Shown piece by piece: positions 9,765-19,673 of a stretch of 64,000 bases of DNA. Made by a program: the position numbers and the translations under genes. The DNA comes from Candidatus Bathyarchaeum tardum (GTDB lineage Archaea > Thermoproteota > Bathyarchaeia > Bathyarchaeales > Bathyarchaeaceae): contig CP122380.1 of assembly GCA_024650005.2 (NCBI GenBank), forward strand, positions 320,001 to 384,000, written 5' to 3'. The notes beneath the pieces are model-generated. The model searched no databases and was not told where the DNA came from. It saw nothing but the letters and a program-made list of their open reading frames with translations. Positions within the stretch are counted from its first letter, which is position 1, and every line of letters starts with the position of its first letter.

Positions 9765-10961
9765 GTGAAAAAATCCGCATCTGGTCTTGTTCTGTTACTG
9801 TTGATTTTCTCTGTTCTGGTTACATCTCCACAAATTGAGGTTGTGAAAGCTGATCAGAAGATGATTGTTGTTCCCGATGAGTATGCTTCTATTCAAGAGG
9901 CTATTGATAATGCTGGCGAGGGCGACACTGTGTTAGTAAAAAGAGGAACCTATTATAATCAAACAATAAGTATAAACAAATCATTATCACTCATCGGCGA
10001 AGACAGCCAAACTACAATACTAAAGAGTAGCCCAGAAACAACCTCATTTATGCTACCTAATATCACAAGTGTTGTGGAAGTGAAAGCTGACAACGTTAGA
10101 ATCTCCGGTTTCACTATTGACCACTATGATCGAGGCATTTCTGGGATTGGAAATGAGACCCAGATAATTGGTAATATTTTCACAGCCAATTGGGATCATA
10201 CTAGCATAAACGTGTTCGGTTCATACATTGAAATTGCCAACAACAGGATATATGGAGGCAGAAGCAACACTGGCATCCACATAGGTGGCTCCTACAACAC
10301 CATTAATGACAACGAAATTGTTGGAACAAGTGATGGCATACGCCTGTGGGGTTATTCAGGCACAGTTTCAGGAAACGAACTTGCCGATAGCGATCACAGC
10401 ATATACGTGAGCGGTAATTTGCACGCAATAACCCAAAACAACATTGTTGGCGGTGAAATAGGTCTCGCATTAATCTGTTCAGGATGCGTTATCTCTGGAA
10501 ATAATATAACAGAACAAACCGAACGAGCCATATGGGTAGACAATACTGCTAAAGATAACGTTATTCGGGGGAACCTCCTAGCACCCAATCAGGGATTCGC
10601 CGTCTATCTTACAGTTTTAACTGGCATAGAGGGTCCTGTTAACAACACATTCTATCATAACGATATAATTGGCAACGGTCACAACATTCGGTTAACTGGT
10701 TACAATCAATGGACTTTTTGGGACTCTGGGTATCCTTCTGGCGGTAACTTCTGGAGTGACTATAATGGAATAGACAAGGATGGGGATGGAATAGGCGACA
10801 CCCCCTACATCATTAACGAACACAACCAAGACAACTACCCACTAACGGAACCAGTTATTATCCCAGAGTTTCCCTCAGGGACAATTCTGCCGTTACTTAT
10901 TGCTGCAACTTTGGTTGGTGTCACTGTCAGAAATAAAATTAGAAAGAATGGGATGGAATGA
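9765..10961 (+). CDS. NosD/pectin-lyase-like beta-helix surface protein, PEF-CTERM-like
   Basis: VPDEYASIQEAID...GDTVLVKRGTY start, GNFWSDYNG.D.DGDGIGDTPY motif, IPEFPSG tail. Confidence 0.85.
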   Translation: MKKSASGLVLLLLIFSVLVTSPQIEVVKADQKMIVVPDEYASIQEAIDNAGEGDTVLVKRGTYYNQTISINKSLSLIGEDSQTTILKSSPETTSFMLPNITSVVEVKADNVRISGFTIDHYDRGISGIGNETQIIGNIFTANWDHTSINVFGSYIEIANNRIYGGRSNTGIHIGGSYNTINDNEIVGTSDGIRLWGYSGTVSGNELADSDHSIYVSGNLHAITQNNIVGGEIGLALICSGCVISGNNITEQTERAIWVDNTAKDNVIRGNLLAPNQGFAVYLTVLTGIEGPVNNTFYHNDIIGNGHNIRLTGYNQWTFWDSGYPSGGNFWSDYNGIDKDGDGIGDTPYIINEHNQDNYPLTEPVIIPEFPSGTILPLLIAATLVGVTVRNKIRKNGME

Positions 10962-11953
10962 AAAAGACCTCTTCTTGCGTTTTGATTATGCTTCTTTGTT
11001 TTGTTGTAGTTCCTTTTCTACAACTTGGAGTTGTGCGGGCAGAGGGCACAATCTACATCAAAGAAGATGGAACGGTTGAGGGGACAGATAAGATTCAACA
11101 AATTGGAAATGTCTATACTTTTATTGGAAATATTTCGGTTGGGATTCAGGTTCAAAGGAGCGACATTATCGTTGATGGAATGTGGTTTACTTTGCAGGGA
11201 GATGGAGAAATTCATGGACCTACAGATATTAGTGGAATGGGAATAGAACTTGTTGGATGCAAAAATGTTACAATACGAAATTTTAACATCACACAATTCA
11301 CAAGAGGTATTCGATTCACCAATTCTTCTGACTGCATTGTACATCACAACCTTATAGTTAACAATTCTATAGGCATTGAAATGGGCTATGAACCTTGTTA
11401 TTCAAATAATAACACAGTAAGTGGAAACATAATAAAAGGAAATCACAATGCGGGAATTCGATTAATCTGTGGTTCATCAAATACTATTTCTGGAAATATT
11501 ATAGTAGAAAACGATGAAGGCATCTCTATTTGGGGAACAGCTGGAAATACAATCGCATGGAACAACATTACTAACAACAAAAGAGGTATTTACGTAGAAA
11601 CTTCTGGAATTAACCTTATTCACCACAACAATTTTGTTGATAACACAAACGATTCGTGGGATTATGGTTATACTCCTTGGCCATTTCAGTTACCTTTTTC
11701 AGAAAACATTTGGGATGATGGTAAAGAGGGAAACTATTGGGGTACATATAATGGCACAGACAATAACATGGATGGTATAGGAGATACCCCTCATGTACTT
11801 TACGAGAATAACACCGACAACTTTCCACTTATGCAACCAGCAGAACTACCAATAGAAATTCCAGAGTTTCGTTCTTGGACAATTCTGCCAATATTGATAA
11901 TGGCTACTTTGACAATAATACTAGCAAAAAAGAGGATGCATATATTACATTAA
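10958..11953 (+). CDS. NosD/CASH beta-helix surface protein, PEF-CTERM-like
   Basis: TIYIKEDGTVEGTDKI N-terminus shared with the 5505 paralog; IPEFRSW tail. Confidence 0.85.
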   Translation: MKKTSSCVLIMLLCFVVVPFLQLGVVRAEGTIYIKEDGTVEGTDKIQQIGNVYTFIGNISVGIQVQRSDIIVDGMWFTLQGDGEIHGPTDISGMGIELVGCKNVTIRNFNITQFTRGIRFTNSSDCIVHHNLIVNNSIGIEMGYEPCYSNNNTVSGNIIKGNHNAGIRLICGSSNTISGNIIVENDEGISIWGTAGNTIAWNNITNNKRGIYVETSGINLIHHNNFVDNTNDSWDYGYTPWPFQLPFSENIWDDGKEGNYWGTYNGTDNNMDGIGDTPHVLYENNTDNFPLMQPAELPIEIPEFRSWTILPILIMATLTIILAKKRMHILH

Positions 11954-11991
11954 TACTCAAAATTCTAAAAATTGTATTTGGGGGTTATCTT

Positions 11992-12528
11992 GTGAACAAG
12001 AAATTTGCAGTTTTCATGGTTTGTGCAATTTTAGTCATTTTTGGTGCGTTATTAATTGCTAATATACACTCGAATAATAGAGATATTTCATGGATTAATG
12101 AAGTTGAGAATTTAATTAAAAAAGAGAATTGGGAAGCTTACAGTAAATATTATCCTATGGCGGATTGGTCATTTTTCATTTATGAAAACGGAGAAAGCCA
12201 ATATTTCTTCTTAAACCCCAACGATGAGTTAATCTCTCAAATTAATAAAATAATGGACAGAATTGATAAGCAAATTGAAGAATCCATTTCACACGAGTCC
12301 TTTGATGAAATATTGGCTACAGACAAGGTTTTAGCAGTTGTTCATAGATTTCCCACTAAGAGTAATTTTTGGAACTCTCCGAACAATTTTGGTAATAATG
12401 TTGATTATGACAAAGCTTACTTTGTTTTGGAAGATAAACTAGAAGAAGATTATAAAGGGACCATAATAGTCCGAGAGCATAGTATGGGAGAAGAAGACTA
12501 CAAATATAGTGTTTGGCAAATAACTTAA
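11992..12528 (+). CDS. Hypothetical protein with N-terminal membrane anchor
   Basis: Likely GTG start after a GGGGG SD-like run; one N-terminal TM. Confidence 0.6.
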   Translation: MNKKFAVFMVCAILVIFGALLIANIHSNNRDISWINEVENLIKKENWEAYSKYYPMADWSFFIYENGESQYFFLNPNDELISQINKIMDRIDKQIEESISHESFDEILATDKVLAVVHRFPTKSNFWNSPNNFGNNVDYDKAYFVLEDKLEEDYKGTIIVREHSMGEEDYKYSVWQIT

Positions 12529-12636
12529 TTTTCTTTTGTAAGAAATTTCATTTGTTCTTTCAGAGTTTACCTTATAGATTCTCACCTGCAAGGTGATATC
12601 TCCCGCACATCGACTTTTTTACTTATTTTATTGTTG

Positions 12637-12686
12637 GTCAAATTTTCTTGACTGTGAAGGCCTTTAGTTGGTCAAGGTTTCTTGAC
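12637..12686 (+). promoter_or_regulatory. Tandem GTCAA-N6-TTGAC operators (copy 2)
   Basis: Same two 16-mers and the same 34-bp spacing as 3096-3145. Confidence 0.75.
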
Positions 12687-12723
12687 AAAAAACCTTTTCA
12701 TAACTTTTATAGACAATTAATTT

Positions 12724-13761
12724 ATGGTGTATGTTTTGGCAAAACATAAGCAAGCTTTCTTTTCATTAACGATTTGCTGTTTGTTATTTTTAATATTGCC
12801 TTTTAATTTTGAAGTTAAAGGTTCTGAGTGCATTTTTTTTGAAGATGATTTTGAGGGCTATTATGTTAATGCTTTTCCTTCTCAAAATTGGAATCTTCGA
12901 TTTAATGGTGCATGTTTTGATATGCAGGTTATTCAAAATGACACGGATGTTTCATCTTCTAAATATTTACAATTAGTTTCACAAGTTACCTGGGCTGCAC
13001 GTGCTATGATTCCAATACCTTCTGAAGCTAGATTTGTAGGTTTTGAAGTTAGAGCTCTGTTAGCTGAAGCTAATGGCCAATATGTTCATGGAGCTAGGGC
13101 TGGTTTTTCTGAATATGGCAGTTCATTGGCTGCTAATTGGCATGCTCATGTTTGTCTTTATAATAATGGAGAGATTGGAGCAGCAAACGGTTCCCCCTTA
13201 GGTATTTATGACGTTGGGAACTGGACGAAAATTAGGTTATTGTTAGATAGGGACCTTAACATTTATTCAGTCTGGATAGATGATGAATTAAAGATTGAAA
13301 ATAAGGTTTTTCCAGCAGACCCTTATCTTTATAATTATTTTTCATTAGAATCAACATATCATTTGAATAACAAAGCTTACTTTGATGATGTTAAACTCTT
13401 CACATTATATGATGCAAATCCCAGACTTGATTTACAGCCTACGGAAGGAGTGTCTCAAACCACAATTCATGGTTCAGGATTTGCACCAAATTCTGAAATA
13501 ACTGTGACATGGAACGAAACTAGAATGTATACCATTCCTAATCTTGTTCAAACTGATGGTTATGGTAATTTTTCTGCAATGATTTCAGTATTAAATCAAA
13601 CCCAAACTGGTTCATATCCAATAACTGCTATTGACGAGATGGAAAACCAAGCAACTTCAACTTTCAACGTTATTCCAGAATTTCCTTCCTATTTTGTTTT
13701 GCCCTTGGTTGTTGCTGTGTTGTTGGGGGCAAGGGTTTACCGGAAGAGGCTAACCAAGTAA
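12724..13761 (+). CDS. Secreted ConA-like plus Ig-like domain protein, PEF-CTERM-like
   Basis: FEDDFE...YFDDVKL beta-sandwich, Ig-like IHGSGFAPNSEITVTW, IPEFPSY-TM-RKR tail. Confidence 0.75.
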   Translation: MVYVLAKHKQAFFSLTICCLLFLILPFNFEVKGSECIFFEDDFEGYYVNAFPSQNWNLRFNGACFDMQVIQNDTDVSSSKYLQLVSQVTWAARAMIPIPSEARFVGFEVRALLAEANGQYVHGARAGFSEYGSSLAANWHAHVCLYNNGEIGAANGSPLGIYDVGNWTKIRLLLDRDLNIYSVWIDDELKIENKVFPADPYLYNYFSLESTYHLNNKAYFDDVKLFTLYDANPRLDLQPTEGVSQTTIHGSGFAPNSEITVTWNETRMYTIPNLVQTDGYGNFSAMISVLNQTQTGSYPITAIDEMENQATSTFNVIPEFPSYFVLPLVVAVLLGARVYRKRLTK

Positions 13762-13894
13762 AACTCAAATTATGTGTCTAATTACGATGTATTTTGTTCA
13801 AAGTTCTTTTAACGATGTTTTTTTAAAACGGTTCGTTTTTCATCAATTTTTTCGACAAAATAGCTTAAATTAAGCTTATTTATCGTTTTAAGGT

Positions 13895-14113
13895 ATGGAA
13901 AGCGGTTCAATACTTGCCTTAATCACGACTATTCTTTCTATTGTTTCAGTATTTTTTGGGGCAAAATACCGGAAATGGCTAGAGAGGGGTAGACTATTCG
14001 CAAAGCTTTTTGATGACATTGTTGCTGCTGCCGAGGACAATGAGATCTTAGAAGAGGAGTTTCAAAAGATTGTAGCTGACGCCAAAAAGGTTGCCGCCAA
14101 AATGGAGGAGTGA
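13895..14113 (+). CDS. Small single-TM hypothetical protein (element backbone)
   Basis: 72 aa; N-terminal TM followed by a charged helical tail. Confidence 0.6.
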   Translation: MESGSILALITTILSIVSVFFGAKYRKWLERGRLFAKLFDDIVAAAEDNEILEEEFQKIVADAKKVAAKMEE

Positions 14114-14116
14114 CCT

Positions 14117-14623
14117 TTGAACTGGAAATTTCTGTTAGCTGCTGTTTTTGTTTGTGGTCTACTTTTTGGTGCGGTTTCTTATGCCGCAGTATCAAATATT
14201 GTCAAAATCCGTAATGTGGGAACCATCAGGGCAGTCGGCGTTGAAGTATACGCTGACGAACTTTTGGAGCAAATCTTGAACGAGGTCAGCTGGGGCACAT
14301 TAAACCCTGGAGAGAACAAGTCTGCAACCGCCTGGATAAAAAACACCGGCAACGATGCCCAGAAGCTTATACTTTGGACTGAAGGCTGGGAACCTGTAGA
14401 AGCCCAGAACTCCATCATTCTAACTTGGAACTACAATAACGAGTGGATTGAAGCAGGGTCTGCGATTCCGGTAACTTTCACGCTAACTGTAGATTCAAAC
14501 ATCTCTGGCGTGGAAAGCTTCTGTTTTGACATGTGGATCAAGGGGGTTTCCACTTATCCGAAATCAACAATCCAGACTAGTGCTACCCATATCTACAGCA
14601 GAAGTGCATCAGCTTGTTCATAA
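14117..14623 (+). CDS. Secreted Ig-like hypothetical protein; 3' end probably fused to integrase DNA by a deletion
   Basis: Signal peptide and WGTLNPGE...IKNTGN motif; the last ~25 codons overlap the integrase remnant in another frame. Confidence 0.6.
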   Translation: MNWKFLLAAVFVCGLLFGAVSYAAVSNIVKIRNVGTIRAVGVEVYADELLEQILNEVSWGTLNPGENKSATAWIKNTGNDAQKLILWTEGWEPVEAQNSIILTWNYNNEWIEAGSAIPVTFTLTVDSNISGVESFCFDMWIKGVSTYPKSTIQTSATHIYSRSASACS

Positions 14624-15056
14624 AATGTATGTGAAAGCAAACATGATTACTAAAAATCCCCTAGGACGCCGATACGACATTCGAGCTCACAGTTTACGCA
14701 AATATTTCAGAACACAAATAGCTGCTTTAGGCGTTGACAGAGACTACATCGAATATATGCTGGGGCACACCATAAGCACTTATCACGACATCAAAATGAA
14801 AGGCATCGAATTTCTAAGGGGAGTCTACGCTGCATCAGGCTTGTCAATAAGACCAAAAACACGAGTAAGCAAAATAGACGCTCTAAAAGAGATCATACGT
14901 GCATGGGGACTAAATCCAGAAGAGATCCTAACAAAAAATGCTTTAACACAACCTCATAGAACCGTAATCAACAGAGAACAAGCAGAACAAAATCAGATCC
15001 ATCACCTAAGCATTGCCCTAAAAAACCATTTGCTAACAGAAATGCGAGAGAAATAA
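14526..15056 (+). pseudogene. Tyrosine recombinase/integrase, C-terminal fragment
   Basis: HSLRKYF (HxxR), MLGH and downstream Tyr (STYHD) are present; the N-terminal domain and first catalytic Arg are absent. Confidence 0.85.
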
Positions 15057-15099
15057 AATATGACCGAAATGGATAACTCAAGCCGTAGACATGAGATAA

Positions 15100-15122
15100 C
15101 CCTGGGCTACCATTTTCTAGAC
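15100..15122 (+). repeat. att repeat of the tRNA-Gln 3' end
   Basis: CCCTGGGCTACCATTTTCTAGAC vs CCCCGGGCTACCATCTTCTAGAC at 2413-2435. Confidence 0.85.
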
Positions 15123-15378
15123 TAGTTTTAATCCTTGTTTTGGGTGAATTTTATTCTTTGGCATTTGATACGTTTCCCAAAGGTCAAGGGACATAATTTT
15201 TTATCTTTAAGTTAGCTGTAATTTCATAGTTTGTTTAGTTTTGTTGTTTGCCTGAAAAAAATGTTTGAACAACAACATTCCATGATTTTTACATTTTTTG
15301 CTCAGATTCATTGAGCAATTTTGAAAACTGTTTAGAATAAGGGAAAAATAATAAAATGGCTCCATGTAATGTCATGAC

Positions 15379-16149
15379 TCAAAAAGGTGGTTCCGAAGCA
15401 ATTGACTTCCATAGTTTTTCTGCGTAATTTTCTTGTGCATCTGTTCCTGTAACTGCGAGGAGATAACTTCCTTCTGCTCCGTAAACGCCTCCTGCTGCAA
15501 TCAGTTCTGCGTTGGCGCCTGTCAATTGTTGTATTGCTTCGATTTCGGTGAACAATTGACCTGGAACAAGAACCATGCGATAACCATTTGCATCTGGTGA
15601 ATTTAGTTTTTCAGTTAAGGTGTACAGATCATTGTTAACTCTTTTTTCTAGTCCAACTGGGACTATCAATTTCACGCGGCGACCTGCCACAGCTTGCATA
15701 ATCAAGGCAATTGTTCCTGCTTTTGGGTGTCCAATCAGTACGGCTGCTTGTTTTTGATTCATGTTCAGTGCGTTTGCCCCTTTTAAAATCACGTCGCCCT
15801 CTTTTAGGGCATCTGCTACATCTTCGATGGTTTTTCCTTTTTGCCATACGCCATCAGTTATAATTACATCGCCTGGAAACTTGCTCTCATCAACCAATCT
15901 ACCCTCTGCTGTCACTGCACCCCCTGGTGGCAGAGTAATTCCTCGGAAAAAGTTTGTTTTGGAAAAGCCTTTAAAATCTAGATATTTAATAATTTCTTCA
16001 GCGACGTATCCGTTTGTGGTTCCAGCAACTATGACAAGTGTCCCCTTCTTAAGGGCAGTCAAGATTGTTGGATTTTTTGCTAAGGCTTTAGCAATTAATC
16101 GTTTTCCGGCAACGGGTGTAATTAGAAACTGTTTCATTATTAACTCCAT
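15379..16149 (-). CDS. Conserved hypothetical protein (alpha/beta, Gly-rich)
   Basis: 256-aa ORF with [17 protein letters not shown] and VPVGLEK motifs. Confidence 0.75.
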   Translation of the reverse strand: MELIMKQFLITPVAGKRLIAKALAKNPTILTALKKGTLVIVAGTTNGYVAEEIIKYLDFKGFSKTNFFRGITLPPGGAVTAEGRLVDESKFPGDVIITDGVWQKGKTIEDVADALKEGDVILKGANALNMNQKQAAVLIGHPKAGTIALIMQAVAGRRVKLIVPVGLEKRVNNDLYTLTEKLNSPDANGYRMVLVPGQLFTEIEAIQQLTGANAELIAAGGVYGAEGSYLLAVTGTDAQENYAEKLWKSIASEPPF

Positions 16150-16225
16150 TTAGTTATTATGCATCATAAAATTAAAAGTTTAACTCTTAAGATTTCTATC
16201 ACTTTTGAATTTTTAAATTTTAAAT

Positions 16226-17191
16226 TCATTCAATAATGCTTTTGACTTTTTCAAATATATCTTGAGCTAATATTTCATTGCCACAATAGGTGCATTTTAT
16301 TCGAGTTCCGTCTTCAGGAAAAGTGACTTTTCCATTGCAATGTGGGCATTTTAGTACATTCATGACTAATCCGCCGTTTTCCATGTATTTTTTTAAGAAT
16401 GTGAAATCTAACATGAAATGTAATCGTTCTTTTTTCTTTTCCTTTTTGATTTGTGTTTTTCTGATTTTTGCAGCCATTTCGATAATGGGTTTAAAGGTTT
16501 CTAATAATGCAAATTGTAGTCTAAACCTTGTTTCACATTTTTCGTCTACAACAGAGAATGTTTTAGGAATTGAAAGGCTCATAACCCATGTTTTGCTGTC
16601 TCCTGTTTCTCCAGAAATTCCTTTAATCTTTTCCAGATTCAAGTCATAAACAACTAGATGTGTCTGTGTTTTCTTGAAGATACCACTTTCACGTACTTGT
16701 ATCCAATACAGTTTTTGATTTGATAACAAAAGGACCCCTGATTCAGGTATTACTATGTTTTTGTTGTTGCCGTTTACTACTCGATTTTCAAGAATTTCTC
16801 TGAACCCTGACCATTGGTGCAAAAGTTCTTCATCAGAATCCAAAATTACAGCAGCTGACACGTCTGTAGTTACACTTTCAGCCAGAAAACTCCAATTTAT
16901 TTTGTTTTCAAGTTCTAATTCTTTCCAAAAATTAACCCGATACGTTTGTCCCAATGCAGAATATAATGGATGACCAGATAATGTCTCGCTTTTAATTGTA
17001 TTTAATGCACTTCCGTCTTTTGGGAGTTCATGTAACATAAGTTCAAAAATTAGTCCATGGCTTATGTTTAGTTTCCATTTTGAGTTACAGTTCAGACATT
17101 GTGTATATTTATTTAAAATTCCCGAGCCGCTGTAACCTTTTGTGGACTTGCAAATAGGGCATCCAGGAAAACTATCCTTTATTAATTCCAA
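16226..17191 (-). CDS. Double zinc-ribbon protein with a central PH-like domain
   Basis: CxxC pairs at both ends; GVLLLSNQKLYW PH/GRAM-like strand. Confidence 0.65.
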   Translation of the reverse strand: MELIKDSFPGCPICKSTKGYSGSGILNKYTQCLNCNSKWKLNISHGLIFELMLHELPKDGSALNTIKSETLSGHPLYSALGQTYRVNFWKELELENKINWSFLAESVTTDVSAAVILDSDEELLHQWSGFREILENRVVNGNNKNIVIPESGVLLLSNQKLYWIQVRESGIFKKTQTHLVVYDLNLEKIKGISGETGDSKTWVMSLSIPKTFSVVDEKCETRFRLQFALLETFKPIIEMAAKIRKTQIKKEKKKERLHFMLDFTFLKKYMENGGLVMNVLKCPHCNGKVTFPEDGTRIKCTYCGNEILAQDIFEKVKSIIE

Positions 17192-17323
17192 ATATTCTTC
17201 ACCCTGAATGAAGATTTAATTAGAAATATCTGGGTGTAATATATTAAAAATTCTTATGAATGCTAAAAATGAAATTAACATCAGTAGAAATTAATTTTAG
17301 CGTTAAAAATGTATAATCTAAAC

Positions 17324-18112
17324 TTAGTTTATTGTTGTTAATGCTTTGATTGGGATAATGTTTGGGATTTTGTTGTAATAGTTTATTGCTACTTCAACTC
17401 CGTAGACAGATTGTATGTTTTCTGCAGTTAAAACACTGGTTGAGCTTCCTGCAGCGAAGATTTTTCCTGTTTTCATCATAACTATTTTTTCACAATAACG
17501 GGATGCGAGGTTCAAGTCATGAATTGCAACTACCACTGCGAGTTTTTGTTTTGCAACTAGTTCCCGTGACAGTTCCATTACTTCAAGTTGGTGCCGTATG
17601 TCCAGATTGCTTGTGGGCTCGTCTAACAGTAGAACTTTTGCCTCTTGGGCTAAGGACCGTGCTAGGATTACCCGTTGTTGTTCGCCTCCGCTGAGTTCGT
17701 TAAAACTGCGCATTGCTAGCTGCTCAATTTTGAGTAACCCCAACACTTCCCATGTTTTTTGGATGTCTTTGTCGCTGCTTTGCCATCCGATGTGAGGGCG
17801 TCTGCCCATTAAGACTACTTCAAAAACTGTTAACGCTTGGGCACTGCTTGAACTCTGTGGAACATATCCTATATGTTTGGCAATTTCCATTCGACTCATT
17901 TTATGTACGTTTTCTCCATCAAGAAGGATGTTTCCGCCTTTGGGGGTGAGTATCTTGTTTATGCATTTTAGGAGAGTAGTTTTTCCTGAACCGTTGGGGC
18001 CGATTATTCCTAGGGTTTCTGACTCGTGGAGCTCCAAAGACACTTGGTCAAGGGATAATGCGCTGTTATATTTGAAGGAAACATCGTTTACTGTCAGTTT
18101 CATTTCTGTCAC
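17324..18112 (-). CDS. Metal-chelate/cobalamin ABC transporter ATPase (FecE/BtuD-like)
   Basis: GPNGSGKT, LSGGE, LLLDEPT, HDLNLA. Confidence 0.92.
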   Translation of the reverse strand: MTEMKLTVNDVSFKYNSALSLDQVSLELHESETLGIIGPNGSGKTTLLKCINKILTPKGGNILLDGENVHKMSRMEIAKHIGYVPQSSSSAQALTVFEVVLMGRRPHIGWQSSDKDIQKTWEVLGLLKIEQLAMRSFNELSGGEQQRVILARSLAQEAKVLLLDEPTSNLDIRHQLEVMELSRELVAKQKLAVVVAIHDLNLASRYCEKIVMMKTGKIFAAGSSTSVLTAENIQSVYGVEVAINYYNKIPNIIPIKALTTIN

Positions 18113-18142
18113 GCATATTTAGTATACAAACGAAAACTATAA

Positions 18143-18170
18143 GTGTTACCTTTCTGTGAATCAGTAATAC
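18143..18170. promoter_or_regulatory. NikR-like operator in the divergent promoter
   Basis: GTGTTAC-N14-GTAATAC, i.e. 6-16-6 geometry as in NikR sites. Confidence 0.55.
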
Positions 18171-18173
18171 GGT

Positions 18174-19613
18174 GTGAATAAAATGGATAACCGTGTTACC
18201 GTAACAATACTTCTTTCACTGTTAATTTTTAGTTCAGTACTAGTAATAGCTTACAGCTTAAACTGGTTCAGTGGAGAAACAGAAACCCCCGAAAATGAGA
18301 ATCCACAAAACCAGCAACCTGCAACAAGCTCGGACATGAAGTTAACTCTTGAAGTTTTTGGAAACGCCAACATGGATGACATAATTGATTCTAACGACGT
18401 AGCTTACTTGCAAGATATAATTGCAGGCAACGCCGATGTAACTCAGTTTGCAGACGCCAACGGTGATGGCGTTATCGACCAAACTGATATCGATCAAGTA
18501 AATGCAATCATAAGCGGGCAAGCTACCTACATTAACCTGTTAGATGGTAATGGTGAACTTTTGACGGTTTCCCTTCCCGTTAACCGCATAATAGTTGAAT
18601 ACCTCAGCAGTGTCGAACTAGTACGAATACTTGACCTCCAAGACAGTGTTGTTGGAATTGATTACGCAGTTGACCAACTCAAATCTTTCTACTTCCCCGA
18701 TAACAACGACATCGTATCTATAGGTCAAATGTACACCCCAGACTATGAAGCAGTTCTTGACCTAGACCCCGATGTAGTATTAACCTTCAGTGCATCAACA
18801 GCAGAAAAAGCAGAAAAACTCCCTGGAGTTGATGTAGTCTATCTGGGCTTGTATTATCCAAATGTAACTGCCCCCGAAGATTCAAGTTTTGTTCAAGGCA
18901 TACTAAAAGCTGGATACATCTTTGACCGGGTAACCGAATCAAGAGAATACGTTACATGGATTCTTAACTTGACTGATACCCTTAGTTCAGTGACGGGCAA
19001 TCTTGCAGAAAGCGAAAAACCTTCAGTTTTCATAACAAACTATCCTTACACTGAATCTGCAACCGTAAAAGCCTACGCAACCCATGACACCCTTGGTCAA
19101 GTTTGCATTCTCGCAGGAGGAGCAAACATTGGACAATCCATTTCTGGTTACTTTAATTCTTCCTCAGTTTCAGTTGATGCCGAATGGATAATCGAACAAA
19201 ACCCCGAATACATTTTCCTGCACACAGTTCGATACACCTACAGCGGAATAATGAGAGCCGACCCGGCTCATGGTTATAACGTTGATGACCCAACCAGCAT
19301 AATGACCTGTTTAACAGAATACCTGTCCCAACCTGCGTTTGCTAACTTGGACGCAGTAAAGAATGATAACGTCTACATAATGGCAGGAGACTTCCGAAAC
19401 AACGCAATGGGCGGAACCCTTGGCGCAGTTTACTTGGCAAAAATCTTGCACCCTGAAACATTTTCCGACTTAGATCCCGAAGCAATTCACCAAGAATACG
19501 TAACAAAATTCATGGGACTAGACTACAGCCTAGATGAACACGGAGTCTTTTTGTATCCTGCAATAAACATCAACGGAAATTTAATGGGAATTCCAAACAA
19601 CGTTGGAGAATAA
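18174..19613 (+). CDS. ABC transporter substrate-binding protein with dockerin-like domain
   Basis: N-terminal anchor, duplicated Ca-binding loops (GNANMDDIIDSND / ADANGDGVIDQTD), FecB/BtuF-type domain. Confidence 0.85.
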   Translation: MNKMDNRVTVTILLSLLIFSSVLVIAYSLNWFSGETETPENENPQNQQPATSSDMKLTLEVFGNANMDDIIDSNDVAYLQDIIAGNADVTQFADANGDGVIDQTDIDQVNAIISGQATYINLLDGNGELLTVSLPVNRIIVEYLSSVELVRILDLQDSVVGIDYAVDQLKSFYFPDNNDIVSIGQMYTPDYEAVLDLDPDVVLTFSASTAEKAEKLPGVDVVYLGLYYPNVTAPEDSSFVQGILKAGYIFDRVTESREYVTWILNLTDTLSSVTGNLAESEKPSVFITNYPYTESATVKAYATHDTLGQVCILAGGANIGQSISGYFNSSSVSVDAEWIIEQNPEYIFLHTVRYTYSGIMRADPAHGYNVDDPTSIMTCLTEYLSQPAFANLDAVKNDNVYIMAGDFRNNAMGGTLGAVYLAKILHPETFSDLDPEAIHQEYVTKFMGLDYSLDEHGVFLYPAININGNLMGIPNNVGE

Positions 19614-19673
19614 ACTGATTCTCCTTTTTCTTTTTTCTTGAAAAAAATTACAAATTAACACTCGAAGGGTTGA

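Larger units (their letters stand above)
2413..15122. mobile_element. Decayed element integrated at the tRNA-Gln 3' end (~12.7 kb)
   Basis: Direct repeat 2413-2435 / 15100-15122 (21/23 identical), with a tyrosine integrase remnant next to the distal copy. Confidence 0.85.

Noticed and set aside
12560-12575. TTCAGAGTTT as another PEF remnant
   Set aside because: It is out of frame with the upstream gene and no TM-coding tail follows.
3194-13761. Diversity-generating retroelement, CRISPR array or true integron behind the repeated array
   Set aside because: No reverse transcriptase, no template/variable repeat pair with adenine-specific differences, no regularly spaced identical repeats, and no intergenic attC-like hairpins (the genes overlap).
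15267-15280. GAAC-N6-ATTC near-match to the membrane-HTH box
   Set aside because: It lies between convergent gene ends with no promoter context and is likely chance.
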